DNA of 64,000 bases, from NCBI GenBank assembly GCA_900547555.1, contig URHG01000009.1, positions 3,060-67,059 of the forward strand, in the 5' to 3' direction. Each line of letters begins with the position of its first letter. Position 1 is the first letter of the stretch. A program made the position numbers and the translations under genes. Below, one piece after another: positions 45,154 through 54,571 of the stretch. The notes beneath the pieces are model-generated. The model saw only the letters and a program-made list of their open reading frames with translations. It was not told the DNA's origin and did not search any database. Source of the stretch: an uncultured Porphyromonadaceae bacterium. GTDB lineage: Bacteria; Bacteroidota; Bacteroidia; Bacteroidales; UBA11471.

Positions 45154-46194
45154 TCAGATATTTAATGCGCCTTTCGGGTATTGCATGGTAACACAATGCA
45201 ACGACCCGTGTTGTTTGATAAGCGGTCGACAGTCGATACCTATGATTTCATATCCGGAAAAAGCTTGCTGCAAAATGCGTGCCGCTTCCCGGTCATTGTC
45301 AGGTTGATTGTATGTAGGGTACAAAATGGCATGATTCAGAACCAAAAAATTGGCATACGTCGCCGGTAACCGTTCGCCTTCGTGATAGATGGGGTCGGCC
45401 ATAGGCAATGGTAGAAGGCGGAAAGGTTTTCCATCAAGCGTACGGAACGAACGGAGTTGCCGTTCCATTTCGGTGAGAGCTTCGTAGTGCATGTCGTCTT
45501 TATCGGCACAACGTACATATACGATTGTGTCGTCGGGACATAAGCGGGCCAGTGTATCGATATGGCTGTCGGTGTCGTCGCCCGACAGGAAACCGTAGTC
45601 GAGCCATAATACCTGTTCTACCGAGAAGTTCTCTTTCAGATAGCCTTCGATTTGCTTTTTATCCCATTCTCCGTTTCTGTTGGGTGAGAGCAGGCATTCC
45701 GATGTCGTAAGCAGTGTCCCTTTACCGTCCGATTCGATGGAACCGCCTTCGAGAACAAAGTTCAGTCGATTGATATATTCGCCGTTGAACAACCTGTGTT
45801 CATGGATACGGCTGGTAATCAGATTATCGAGATTGGCGGCGAATTTTAGTCCCCAGCCGTTGAATGCGAAATCGAGAATTCGGGTTTGGCCGGTTTCCTG
45901 TTGTATGAGGGTGATGCCGCTGTGGTCGCGCGCCCAAGTATCGTTGGTTTCACATTGAAGATACTTGATGTTTTTCCCGCAGACTTTTGCTTCGATACGG
46001 CTGCGGACAAGCTCTATATCGGGTGCGACGATCAGTAACGGTTCCCTTTGGGAAATTTCACGGGCTATATCGGTGAAACAAGATTCTACCTCATCGAGCA
46101 TGTCATGCCAGTCGGTCTCGGCATGTGGCCATGTAAGTTGTATGCCCGATTGCGGATACCATTCGGCCGGAAGTATGTAATTGGTCTGTTTCAC
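45154..46194 (-). CDS. aguA: agmatine deiminase
   Basis: 346 aa with a GTG start. N-terminal LPAEWYPQSGIQLTWPH and C-terminal catalytic GSLHCVTMQ, typical of agmatine deiminase / PAD_porph. Confidence 0.9.
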   Translation of the reverse strand: MKQTNYILPAEWYPQSGIQLTWPHAETDWHDMLDEVESCFTDIAREISQREPLLIVAPDIELVRSRIEAKVCGKNIKYLQCETNDTWARDHSGITLIQQETGQTRILDFAFNGWGLKFAANLDNLITSRIHEHRLFNGEYINRLNFVLEGGSIESDGKGTLLTTSECLLSPNRNGEWDKKQIEGYLKENFSVEQVLWLDYGFLSGDDTDSHIDTLARLCPDDTIVYVRCADKDDMHYEALTEMERQLRSFRTLDGKPFRLLPLPMADPIYHEGERLPATYANFLVLNHAILYPTYNQPDNDREAARILQQAFSGYEIIGIDCRPLIKQHGSLHCVTMQYPKGALNI

Positions 46195-46727
46195 TTGTTT
46201 TCTTTGGGTTTACGGTCGAAGAACGGATTTTTCGATGAGGCACTGATGGGTATGGCGATACATTGGTGGCAATCTTTCAGCAGGCCCAGCCGTTCGACGG
46301 CCCAGCCGGCCGAAAACATAACCCGGCTGTCGACTCTCAAATCGGCTGCTTTGGCGCAAGCCGAACCGATGGCAATTCCCACGTCGATGGAGTTTATGGC
46401 GCAGGGAGTATCTTGCGGTTTTTCGGCGCAGGTCGCATAGCCGCAGTAGGCGCAATTAAGTCCTTGCGGAGCCTGGCGAGTTCCGATGACAATCATGGCG
46501 TCGGCGCTTTGTATGTTTTCGCTGTCCCGGATAAGGAACTTCATGCCGGTTTCTTCGGCGAGTCGGAGCAGCTCTTCCGATACGGCGTCGATATCCTCAT
46601 CGCTTAGCGTGATGATTTCTATAATATCTACACCTTTGCCTTTGGGGGCTGTGCGGGCGGCCAGCATGATTTGTTTGGCCGCTTCGAGCATATACTCTTT
46701 ACGGGTCTCTCTTTCGTTGATGATCAT
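46191..46727 (-). CDS. DUF2148-like ferredoxin-domain protein
   Basis: 178 aa. AARTAPKGKGVDIIE N-terminal text and the Cys cluster CAYCGYATCAEKPQDTPC. Its TGA stop overlaps the aguA GTG start (GTGA). Confidence 0.7.
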   Translation of the reverse strand: MIINERETRKEYMLEAAKQIMLAARTAPKGKGVDIIEIITLSDEDIDAVSEELLRLAEETGMKFLIRDSENIQSADAMIVIGTRQAPQGLNCAYCGYATCAEKPQDTPCAINSIDVGIAIGSACAKAADLRVDSRVMFSAGWAVERLGLLKDCHQCIAIPISASSKNPFFDRKPKENK

Positions 46728-46886
46728 ACCTTATCTATAAATAGCGATGCAAAGATAGCAATTATCGGGAATATCTCGGGAGGGGAGCGGTAGAATATGG
46801 TAAAGGATTATTTGTTTTGAATTTTTATACCTATTTTTGTAATAAGAATGTAATGAATTTGTTATCTTTCCCTCATATAATGCTCT

Positions 46887-46894
46887 TATCTTTG
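46887..46894 (+). promoter_or_regulatory. -7 promoter box for the phosphate transporter gene
   Basis: TAtcTTTG, 18 nt upstream of the ATG at 46912. Confidence 0.5.
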
Positions 46895-46911
46895 CACCAA
46901 AATTAAAGAAC

Positions 46912-49158
46912 ATGGATACAATTTTTTTAGGTTTCGTTGTCTTTTTGTTCCTCTTGGCCATTTTCGATTTGTGGGTCGGAGTGAGTAACGATGCCGTGAA
47001 CTTTTTGAATTCTGCTATTGGAGCGAAAGCTGCCCGGTTCAGGACGATAATCATTATCGCCGCCATCGGCGTTTTTTGTGGGGCATCGATGAGCAACGGT
47101 ATGATGGATATAGCCCGGCACGGTATTTTCCGTCCCGAGCAATTTTATTTTTATGAATTGATGTATGTTTTTCTGGCTGTGATGGTTACAGATATCGTAT
47201 TGCTCGATATATTCAATTCTTTGGGAATGCCTACATCGACGACTGTGTCGATGGTCTTTGAACTTTTAGGAGCGTCGTTTGCGTTGGCTCTGGTCAAATT
47301 GGCTTCCGACACGACCGGACTTACATTTGCCGATCTGCTGAATACCGAGAAAGCCCTGTCGGTGATTCTGGGTATTTTCCTTTCTGTGGCTATTGCTTTT
47401 TTCTTCGGAACTTTGGTGCAATATATTTCCCGCATCATATTTACGTTCAACTATAAGAGCAAGATGCGATGGAAAGCCGGCTTGTTCGGAGGTATAGCAG
47501 TAACGGCGATTATCTATTTCATGCTTATAAAGGGGGTGAAAGATCTCTCTTTCATGACGGCAGAGAATAAAGCTTTTGTACATGATCATACCGCGCTTAT
47601 ACTGGGTGGCTGCTTGGTGTTCTTTACGGTTCTGATGCAGATATTGCACTGGTGTAAAGTGAATGTTTTCAAAGTGGTCGTTCTTGTCGGAACATTTTCT
47701 TTGGCAATGGCTTTTGCCGGAAACGATTTGGTCAATTTTATCGGTGTGCCGTTGGCCGGATATTCTTCCTATCAGGATTATATGGCAAACGGGGCAGGAG
47801 ATCCGACGGGTTTTCTGATGGGATCGTTGAACGGCCCGGCCAAGACGCCTTTGTTTTTCCTGATCGCGGCAGGGGCGATAATGGTATTCTCTTTGGCGAC
47901 CTCCAAAAAAGCGCATAACGTGGTGAAAACATCGGTCGACCTTTCTCGGCAGGATACGGGCGATGAGGTGTTCGGGTCTTCACGTGTGGCACGTAGCCTT
48001 GTCCGCTGGTTTACTTCGGTCAGTGCATGGGTGGTAGACGTAACCCCCGAGAAAATACGTCTGTGGATCAATAGCCGTTTCAATCAAGATGAAGTACAAA
48101 TAGAGAACGGAGCGGCTTTCGATTTGGTTCGGGCATCCATCAATTTGGTTTTGGCGGGCTTGCTTATCGCTATGGGAACCTCTCTTAAATTGCCTCTTTC
48201 CACGACCTATGTAACATTTATGGTGGCTATGGGTACCTCTCTGGCCGACCGGGCATGGGGGCGTGAAAGTGCCGTGTTCCGTATTACCGGAGTCCTTTCG
48301 GTGATAGGCGGTTGGTTTATAACGGCCGGAGCTGCTTTCCTGATTGCTTTTGCCATAGCCCTTATCATGTATTTCGGTGGGGTATGGGCAGCCATTGCGA
48401 TTGTCGTATTGGGAGTAGGCGTGTTGATTCGCAGTAATATCGTTTATCGTAAGAAGTCGAAGACAGAGAAAAAAGACATGATATTCTACGATATGTTGGC
48501 AACGAAAGACAAAGAACAGGTATGGACTTTATTGCATCGTCATATCGTTGAAAACCGTTGTATCTTCCTTTCCGATACGATACAGATATACGGTAATATA
48601 ACCGATGGATTTATTCATGAAGATTTGAGAATGTTGCGTAAGGCAGATACCATGTTGCGGCAGGAAAAAAGTATTTTGAAAAATGTACGCCGTAAAGAGA
48701 CGTTGGGAATGCACCGTGTAACAAAAGAAATAGCCATTGAGAAAAATACATGGTTCCATTTGGGGTGCAACAGCTGCGAACAGATCATGTATAGTTTGCG
48801 TCGTATCTGTGAACCGTGCCTCGAACATATCGATAATAATTTCACCCCGCTTCCTCAGAAGTTCATTGATGAATTCGTTCCCATGAAAAATGGTGTCATC
48901 TTGCTTTTTGAACAGGCTCTGACGATTTTGAGAAACGGACGTTTTGAAGAAACGATCGAGTTACGTGCCGATTGCGAACGAATGAAAGATATGTTTTCTC
49001 GCAAACGTAAGGCTTTGGTCGAAAGTATTCAGGACGAGGAACGGAGCGAATACATAAGTGTTCTGTATGTGTATCTCAATCTTTTGCAAGAATCGCAGGA
49101 AACCGTCTCCTTGTTGAGACATATGTTGAGGGCAGACCGTAAATTGAATCAGGCTTAG
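46912..49158 (+). CDS. PiT (PHO4)-family inorganic phosphate transporter with long helical C-terminal cytoplasmic domain
   Basis: 748 aa. The two PiT signature repeats are GVSNDAVNFLNSAIG and AGNDLVNFIGVPLAG. The last ~240 aa are soluble, helical and charged (PhoU-like in character). Confidence 0.85.
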   Translation: MDTIFLGFVVFLFLLAIFDLWVGVSNDAVNFLNSAIGAKAARFRTIIIIAAIGVFCGASMSNGMMDIARHGIFRPEQFYFYELMYVFLAVMVTDIVLLDIFNSLGMPTSTTVSMVFELLGASFALALVKLASDTTGLTFADLLNTEKALSVILGIFLSVAIAFFFGTLVQYISRIIFTFNYKSKMRWKAGLFGGIAVTAIIYFMLIKGVKDLSFMTAENKAFVHDHTALILGGCLVFFTVLMQILHWCKVNVFKVVVLVGTFSLAMAFAGNDLVNFIGVPLAGYSSYQDYMANGAGDPTGFLMGSLNGPAKTPLFFLIAAGAIMVFSLATSKKAHNVVKTSVDLSRQDTGDEVFGSSRVARSLVRWFTSVSAWVVDVTPEKIRLWINSRFNQDEVQIENGAAFDLVRASINLVLAGLLIAMGTSLKLPLSTTYVTFMVAMGTSLADRAWGRESAVFRITGVLSVIGGWFITAGAAFLIAFAIALIMYFGGVWAAIAIVVLGVGVLIRSNIVYRKKSKTEKKDMIFYDMLATKDKEQVWTLLHRHIVENRCIFLSDTIQIYGNITDGFIHEDLRMLRKADTMLRQEKSILKNVRRKETLGMHRVTKEIAIEKNTWFHLGCNSCEQIMYSLRRICEPCLEHIDNNFTPLPQKFIDEFVPMKNGVILLFEQALTILRNGRFEETIELRADCERMKDMFSRKRKALVESIQDEERSEYISVLYVYLNLLQESQETVSLLRHMLRADRKLNQA

Positions 49159-49180
49159 CTTCACCGGGAAATCGACGAAT

Positions 49181-50188
49181 ATGAGAAAAATTATCATTTG
49201 TACAGGCCTTTTGATAGGGCTTGCAGGGGTGGGTTACGCCCAGAAAAAGACAGATTATATTCCTAAAATACATGGTACGATAAGAGGGAAGTACGAGTAT
49301 CAACACGAGGGAAAAGAGGGTCGGTTTGAGGTTCGCAATGCCCGATTCAGCCTTACGGGAAATGTTGCTCCCATCGTTTCCTATAAAGCGGAAATCGACC
49401 TTTCTGATGAAGGTGCAATAAAAATGCTCGACGCCTATGCTCGTGTAACACCGCTCCCGACATTCGACATTACAATTGGTCAGATGCGTGTCCCTTTTAC
49501 CATTGATGCGCATCGTTCTCCTCACCAGCAGTATTTTGCCAACCGGTCGTTTATCGCCAAGCAAGTGGGGAATGTGCGGGATGTCGGGGCAACATTGGCC
49601 TATACATTACAGGTAGGAATTCCCATTCGGCTTGAAGCTGGTATTTTCAACGGGTCGGGGTTGACCGACCAAAAAGATTTTTGGACAAATCGCATCAATT
49701 ATTCGGCCAAAGCGCATCTGCAATTACCCAAAGGTTTTAATCTGGTGGGCAGCGTACAGAAGATTTCGCCGGAAAATGTCGATATTCATATGTATGATGT
49801 AGGCGCATATTATCAGTCCGGGCGGTGGCATGTCGAGGCGGAATTTTTACGGAAACATTATGCGAATGGTGCATTTTCGAACGTCGATGCGTTTGATGGA
49901 TTTGTTTGCTATGACCAGCCCCTGCCGAAGGTTTTTCAAAAAATATCGTTTCTCGGTCGCTTCGATTGTATGAGCGACCATAGTAACGGAAAAGCAGGAG
50001 ATGGCGGATTGCTTGTAGTCGATGATGCGGCACGCAAGCGCATTACGATAGGAACGACTTTGAGTCTGGCAAAACCTTTCATTGCCGATTTGCGTATCAA
50101 CTATGAAAATTATTTCTATAAAAAGGATGCCATAGTGGCCGTTTCGGAAAAAGATAAAATCGTTATCGAACTTATGGTACGCTTTTGA
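49181..50188 (+). CDS. outer-membrane porin (phosphate-selective porin O/P-like)
   Basis: 335 aa with a signal peptide. Alternating beta-strand pattern and a terminal aromatic residue (MVRF). It starts 22 nt downstream of the PiT gene. Confidence 0.75.
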   Translation: MRKIIICTGLLIGLAGVGYAQKKTDYIPKIHGTIRGKYEYQHEGKEGRFEVRNARFSLTGNVAPIVSYKAEIDLSDEGAIKMLDAYARVTPLPTFDITIGQMRVPFTIDAHRSPHQQYFANRSFIAKQVGNVRDVGATLAYTLQVGIPIRLEAGIFNGSGLTDQKDFWTNRINYSAKAHLQLPKGFNLVGSVQKISPENVDIHMYDVGAYYQSGRWHVEAEFLRKHYANGAFSNVDAFDGFVCYDQPLPKVFQKISFLGRFDCMSDHSNGKAGDGGLLVVDDAARKRITIGTTLSLAKPFIADLRINYENYFYKKDAIVAVSEKDKIVIELMVRF

Positions 50189-50212
50189 GATGTTTTGCAT
50201 GGAAAAAGATGA

Positions 50213-50250
50213 AAATAGGCTGTTACAGAAACGCAACAGCCTATTTTTAT
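50213..50250 (+). terminator. rho-independent terminator after the porin gene
   Basis: AATAGGCTGTT pairs with AACAGCCTATT around a 10-nt loop, followed by a T-rich tract. Confidence 0.8.
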
Positions 50251-50292
50251 CTTTTATACGCAATAATTTGACGCTGTATGAAGAATTTTTTA

Positions 50293-50300
50293 TATATTTG
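50293..50300 (+). promoter_or_regulatory. -7 promoter box for the 85-aa gene
   Basis: TAtaTTTG, 82 nt upstream of the ATG at 50382. Confidence 0.4.
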
Positions 50301-50381
50301 GAGATAAAATTTCTCATTGTAGAACAAAATGCAGCAAAAAGTGTTTTATTAAGTGATCTCTATTAATCTTAACTTTTGCGT

Positions 50382-50639
50382 ATGAATTATTTTGATATTG
50401 AAGAATTGCTGGTAGATATTATCAAGAAGTATCCCGAAGTAGAGTCGGCCGAAGCTCAATTTCTTTCATTGTTGGAGGCCGATGAGGAGTTGAAGGAAAA
50501 TTTCACCGAATGGTGTGTGTCGAAAGGGTATAATGAGAGAAAGGCATTCTTGATTTTTTATCAAGATTATATTTCTCGCGAAGATACCATTTGGGACAGT
50601 ATATTCCCGAATAAAGAAGAATATGACGGCTACAAGTAG
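50382..50639 (+). CDS. small acidic hypothetical protein
   Basis: 85 aa from the ATG at 50382 (the ORF opens with TTG at 50376). No signal peptide and no recognisable family. Confidence 0.5.
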   Translation: MNYFDIEELLVDIIKKYPEVESAEAQFLSLLEADEELKENFTEWCVSKGYNERKAFLIFYQDYISREDTIWDSIFPNKEEYDGYK

Positions 50640-50734
50640 GCTCTGCGATGCCATTTTATATGCTGAAAAGTTAAATGATGCAAACTTGCGGCATTTTTAT
50701 GCTCAAAAACTATGTTATATAACATAAAACGCCT

Positions 50735-50742
50735 TATATTTG
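50735..50742 (+). promoter_or_regulatory. orphan -7 promoter box preceded by a 16-nt perfect palindrome
   Basis: TAtaTTTG at 50735-50742. The palindrome TATGTTATATAACATA lies at 50711-50726. No ORF of plausible size follows before the terminator at 50782-50813. Confidence 0.4.
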
Positions 50743-50781
50743 CACTGTGTTTTTCATGGTATTAGATTTAAGGTTAACAGA

Positions 50782-50813
50782 GATTGGTTGTCGTGAGACA
50801 ATCAATTTTTTTT
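50782..50813 (+). terminator. rho-independent terminator with GUGA tetraloop
   Basis: GATTGGTTGTC pairs with GACAATCAATT (two G-U pairs) around a GTGA loop, followed by T8. Confidence 0.75.
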
Positions 50814-50970
50814 GTTTATAATCTATTGTTTCTGGTTGGTCTGTAATAATCCATTATGAGATTTTTTAGAAGAGAAAGCATTTGGGTATTGGTTATCCCG
50901 AAGGAACATGAGTAAGGTAAAGAATCTCTCTCTTATGTTGTAAAAACGGTATAGTAAGATATATTTTCAT

Positions 50971-50978
50971 TATATTTG
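50971..50978 (+). promoter_or_regulatory. -7 promoter box for the C69 dipeptidase gene
   Basis: TAtaTTTG, 89 nt upstream of the ATG at 51067. Confidence 0.4.
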
Positions 50979-51066
50979 TATAGCCATTTGAGCAATTAGG
51001 GCTTTTCGAAATATAAGAGCTTGAAATAGAAAATCGATTTTAAAAAGCATTTAATATTATTGATAT

Positions 51067-52701
51067 ATGAAAAGAATATTCGTTACCGTATCTTTATTAT
51101 TTGTCGTTACGACCATTTATGCATGTACCAGCCTTTTGGCCGGCCGTAAGGCGACAGTCGACGGTTCCACACTCATAACCTATGCGGCCGATTCGCATAC
51201 CTTGTACGGCGCACTTTCGTTTACTCCGGCTGCCGATCACCCCAAAGGCAGTAAGATAGAAATAAGGGATTGCGATACGAATAAGCCGTTGGGAAAAATT
51301 CCGCAAGTCGAGCATACCTATAAAGTGGTAGGATTTATGAACGAACACCAGCTTTCGATCACCGAGTCGACATTTGGCGGACGTCCCGAATTGGTCGATA
51401 CGACGGGAATCATCGATTACGGCAGTCTCATGCAGTTGGCCCTGCAACGGGCGAGAACAGCCCGGGAAGCCATAACCGTGATGACCGATTTGGTGAAGAA
51501 ATACGGCTATTACAGCAGTGGTGAGAGTTTTTCGATTGCCGATCCCGAGGAAGTATGGATTCTTGAAATGATAGGGAAGGGCAGTGCATCGAAAGGTGCC
51601 GTGTGGGTGGCAGTGCGTATTCCCGACGATTGTATAGCTGCACATGCCAATCACTCCCGCATACATCGGTTTCCCCTCGATGATCCCGAAAATTGCCTCT
51701 ATTCGCCTGATGTTATTTCATTTGCCCGCGAACAGAAATATTTCGACGGATTGAATCGTGATTTCAGTTTCTCGGCGGCCTATGCGCCTGCCGGTTTTGA
51801 AGAGTTGAGAGCTTGCGAAGCGCGTGTATGGAGTTTTTACAATCATTACGATAGTACGATGGTCTCATACTTGCCTTATATATACGGAGAATCGTCGACC
51901 CCGTTGCCATTGTATATAAAACCCGACCGCAAACTTTCGGTACAGGATATGAAAGATGCCATGAGGGATCATTTCGAGGGTACGCCGTTCGATATGACCC
52001 AAGATGCGGGCGCAGGGCCGTTCAAGGTGCCTTATCGTTTCCGTCCCATGACTTTTGAGGTCGATAGTCAGGAGTATATCAATGAGCGGGCCATCGCTAC
52101 TCAGCAGACAGGGTTCTCGCTTGTCGCCCAGCAACGGGAGTGGTTGCCGGCAGCTCTCGGCGGAGTGTTGTGGTTTGGAGTAGACGATGCCAATACATCG
52201 GTTTATGTACCTATATATGTCGGGGCGCTTAGCGAAGTCCCTCTCTGTTTCAGAGAAGGCAACGGCTCTCTTTATAAAGTTTCGTGGACATCGGCTTTCT
52301 GGGTCTATAATTGGGTGGCAAACATGGCTTATGCCCGATATAATCAGATGATCGAAGATATACGTCCGTTGCAGCGGCAAATAGAGACTGCCTTCAATGA
52401 GCAACAGCCCAAACTCGAACAGAGTGTTTTGGAAATATTTTACGACCAACCCGAGAAAGCCCTTGCCGTTCTCGATAAGTACAGCCGCGAAGCGGCCGAT
52501 TCGTCGACCGTACGCTGGCGGGAGTTGGGAGAATACCTGTTGGTGAAATATCTCGATGGAAATCGTAAACGGGAAAAAGATGGGCAATTCATGTATAATG
52601 CATACGGTATACCCGAATATCCCGAGTTCCCCGGATATTCCGAAGAATTCTATCGTACCATCGTCGAAGATGCCGGCAATCGTCTCAAAGTTTCTTTTTG
52701 A
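51067..52701 (+). CDS. C69-family dipeptidase
   Basis: 544 aa. A signal peptide is followed directly by the Ntn nucleophile context YACTSLLAG. The size and overall sequence are typical of peptidase C69. Confidence 0.85.
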   Translation: MKRIFVTVSLLFVVTTIYACTSLLAGRKATVDGSTLITYAADSHTLYGALSFTPAADHPKGSKIEIRDCDTNKPLGKIPQVEHTYKVVGFMNEHQLSITESTFGGRPELVDTTGIIDYGSLMQLALQRARTAREAITVMTDLVKKYGYYSSGESFSIADPEEVWILEMIGKGSASKGAVWVAVRIPDDCIAAHANHSRIHRFPLDDPENCLYSPDVISFAREQKYFDGLNRDFSFSAAYAPAGFEELRACEARVWSFYNHYDSTMVSYLPYIYGESSTPLPLYIKPDRKLSVQDMKDAMRDHFEGTPFDMTQDAGAGPFKVPYRFRPMTFEVDSQEYINERAIATQQTGFSLVAQQREWLPAALGGVLWFGVDDANTSVYVPIYVGALSEVPLCFREGNGSLYKVSWTSAFWVYNWVANMAYARYNQMIEDIRPLQRQIETAFNEQQPKLEQSVLEIFYDQPEKALAVLDKYSREAADSSTVRWRELGEYLLVKYLDGNRKREKDGQFMYNAYGIPEYPEFPGYSEEFYRTIVEDAGNRLKVSF

Positions 52702-52750
52702 CGGTTGTGAAATTTCGCACGAATAATTGTGAATTTAGAAATATTATTCC

Positions 52751-52758
52751 TATATTTG
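52751..52758 (+). promoter_or_regulatory. -7 promoter box for the phosphosugar mutase gene
   Basis: TAtaTTTG, 39 nt upstream of the ATG at 52797. Confidence 0.45.
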
Positions 52759-52796
52759 TCATATAGCCATTGATATGAATTAAATCGAATTATAAC

Positions 52797-54545
52797 ATGG
52801 AAAACGAAGTTCTACTCAAAGAAGTAACCGCAAAAGCCCAAGTTTGGTTGGGTGAAGGTTATGATGCAGAGACACGAGCCGAAGTGCGGCGTATGCTCGA
52901 TAGCGAAGATAAAACCGACCTTATAGAGGCTTTCTATAAAGATTTGGAATTCGGTACCGGAGGATTACGCGGTATCATGGGTGTCGGTTCCAACCGCATG
53001 AATATCTATACCGTTGGGGCTGCGACGCAAGGATTGGCCAATTATCTGAAAAAAGAATTTGCTTCACTGCCGCAGATAAAAGTGGTTATCGGGCATGACT
53101 GCCGGAACAACAGCCGTAAATTTGCCGAAATATCGGCCGATATTTTTTCGGCAAACGGCATAAAGGTGTACCTTTTCGAGTCTTTGCGACCTACACCCGA
53201 GATGTCGTACACCATTCGGGAACTGGGTTGTCAGAGCGGCATCATTCTTACCGCTTCGCATAATCCCAAAGAATATAACGGATATAAAGCATATTGGGAC
53301 GATGGTGCGCAGATGATTTCCCCGCACGATAAAAATACTATTTCCGAGGTTAATAAAATACGTTCGGTTTCCGATATCAATTTCAAAGGAAATCCGGCTT
53401 TGGTCGAGATTATCGGAAAAGAAATCGACGAAAAATATATTGCTCGTGTCAAAGCCTTATCGCTCAATCCCGAGGCTATCGCCCGTCAGCACGATTTGAA
53501 AATCGTTTATACCCCGATACACGGTACGGGGGTAAGACTTATCCCCGAAGCTTTGGCTGCTTACGGATTTACCAATGTGATACATGTGCCCGAGCAAGAT
53601 GTCATCAGCGGAGATTTCCCCACGGTAAAATCACCCAATCCCGAGGAACCGGCGGCTCTCGATTTGGCTATACGTAAAGCCAAAGAGGTCGATGCCGATA
53701 TTGTATTGGCATCAGATCCCGACGCCGACCGCATGGGTATCGCCATAAAGAACGACAAGGGCGAGTGGATTCTTGTGAACGGAAACCAGAATGCTCTGCT
53801 CTTTACGCATTACCTTATTTCGCAGTATAAGGCGACCGGCCGCATTCGCGAAGGAGCATATATGGTAAAGACGATCGTAACCACCGAATTGATGAAAAAA
53901 ATCGCCGATCGTAACGGAATAGAGTGCTTCGATGTGTACACCGGATTTAAATGGATTGCTGCCATAATGCGGGAGTTCGAGGGTAAACGCCAATATATCG
54001 GCGGAGGAGAAGAAAGTTACGGTTTCTTGGTAGAAGATTTCGTTCGAGATAAAGACGCTGTGTCGGCTTGTGCCATGATGGCCGAGATAGCTGCATGGGC
54101 GAAAGATAACGGTAAGACGGTGTATGAGCTGTTGCAGGATATATATGTCGAATACGGATTTTCTAAGGAAAAAGGTATTTCGGTCGTGCGTAAAGGAAAG
54201 TCGGGTGCAGAAGAAATCGAAGCCATGATGAAGAATTTCCGCGAACACCCCATTACCGAAATCGCTGGGTCGAAAGTTGTTTTGGCCAAAGATTACGCCA
54301 CACTTGTTGCACATGATTTTGTGGAAGGAGAGAAATATACGCTCGATATGCCGACCACCTCGAATGTGCTGCAATATTTTACCGAAGACGGTACGAAAGT
54401 TTCGATACGTCCGTCGGGAACCGAGCCCAAAATCAAGTTCTATATCGAAGTCAGCGGAGAGCTCAAATCGCGTGTCGATTATGATAATGCCGTGACAGCA
54501 GCCGAAGAAAAAATCAAAGCCGTTGCCGCTTCGCTTGGAGTATAA
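52797..54545 (+). CDS. phosphoglucomutase/phosphomannomutase-family phospho-sugar mutase
   Basis: 582 aa. Active-site loop TASHNPKEYNGYK, metal-binding DPDADR, and sugar-binding GGEESYG. Confidence 0.92.
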   Translation: MENEVLLKEVTAKAQVWLGEGYDAETRAEVRRMLDSEDKTDLIEAFYKDLEFGTGGLRGIMGVGSNRMNIYTVGAATQGLANYLKKEFASLPQIKVVIGHDCRNNSRKFAEISADIFSANGIKVYLFESLRPTPEMSYTIRELGCQSGIILTASHNPKEYNGYKAYWDDGAQMISPHDKNTISEVNKIRSVSDINFKGNPALVEIIGKEIDEKYIARVKALSLNPEAIARQHDLKIVYTPIHGTGVRLIPEALAAYGFTNVIHVPEQDVISGDFPTVKSPNPEEPAALDLAIRKAKEVDADIVLASDPDADRMGIAIKNDKGEWILVNGNQNALLFTHYLISQYKATGRIREGAYMVKTIVTTELMKKIADRNGIECFDVYTGFKWIAAIMREFEGKRQYIGGGEESYGFLVEDFVRDKDAVSACAMMAEIAAWAKDNGKTVYELLQDIYVEYGFSKEKGISVVRKGKSGAEEIEAMMKNFREHPITEIAGSKVVLAKDYATLVAHDFVEGEKYTLDMPTTSNVLQYFTEDGTKVSIRPSGTEPKIKFYIEVSGELKSRVDYDNAVTAAEEKIKAVAASLGV

Positions 54546-54571
54546 TACCTAATATACGAACTGATATATTG

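Noticed and set aside
50756-50821. 21-codon mini-ORF (MVLDLRLTEIGCRETINFFCL) inside the orphan transcription unit, considered as a leader peptide.
   Set aside because: Its stop codon (50819-50821) lies beyond the U-tract of the terminator, so terminated transcripts would lack a stop. There is no run of regulatory codons. A non-coding role is more parsimonious.
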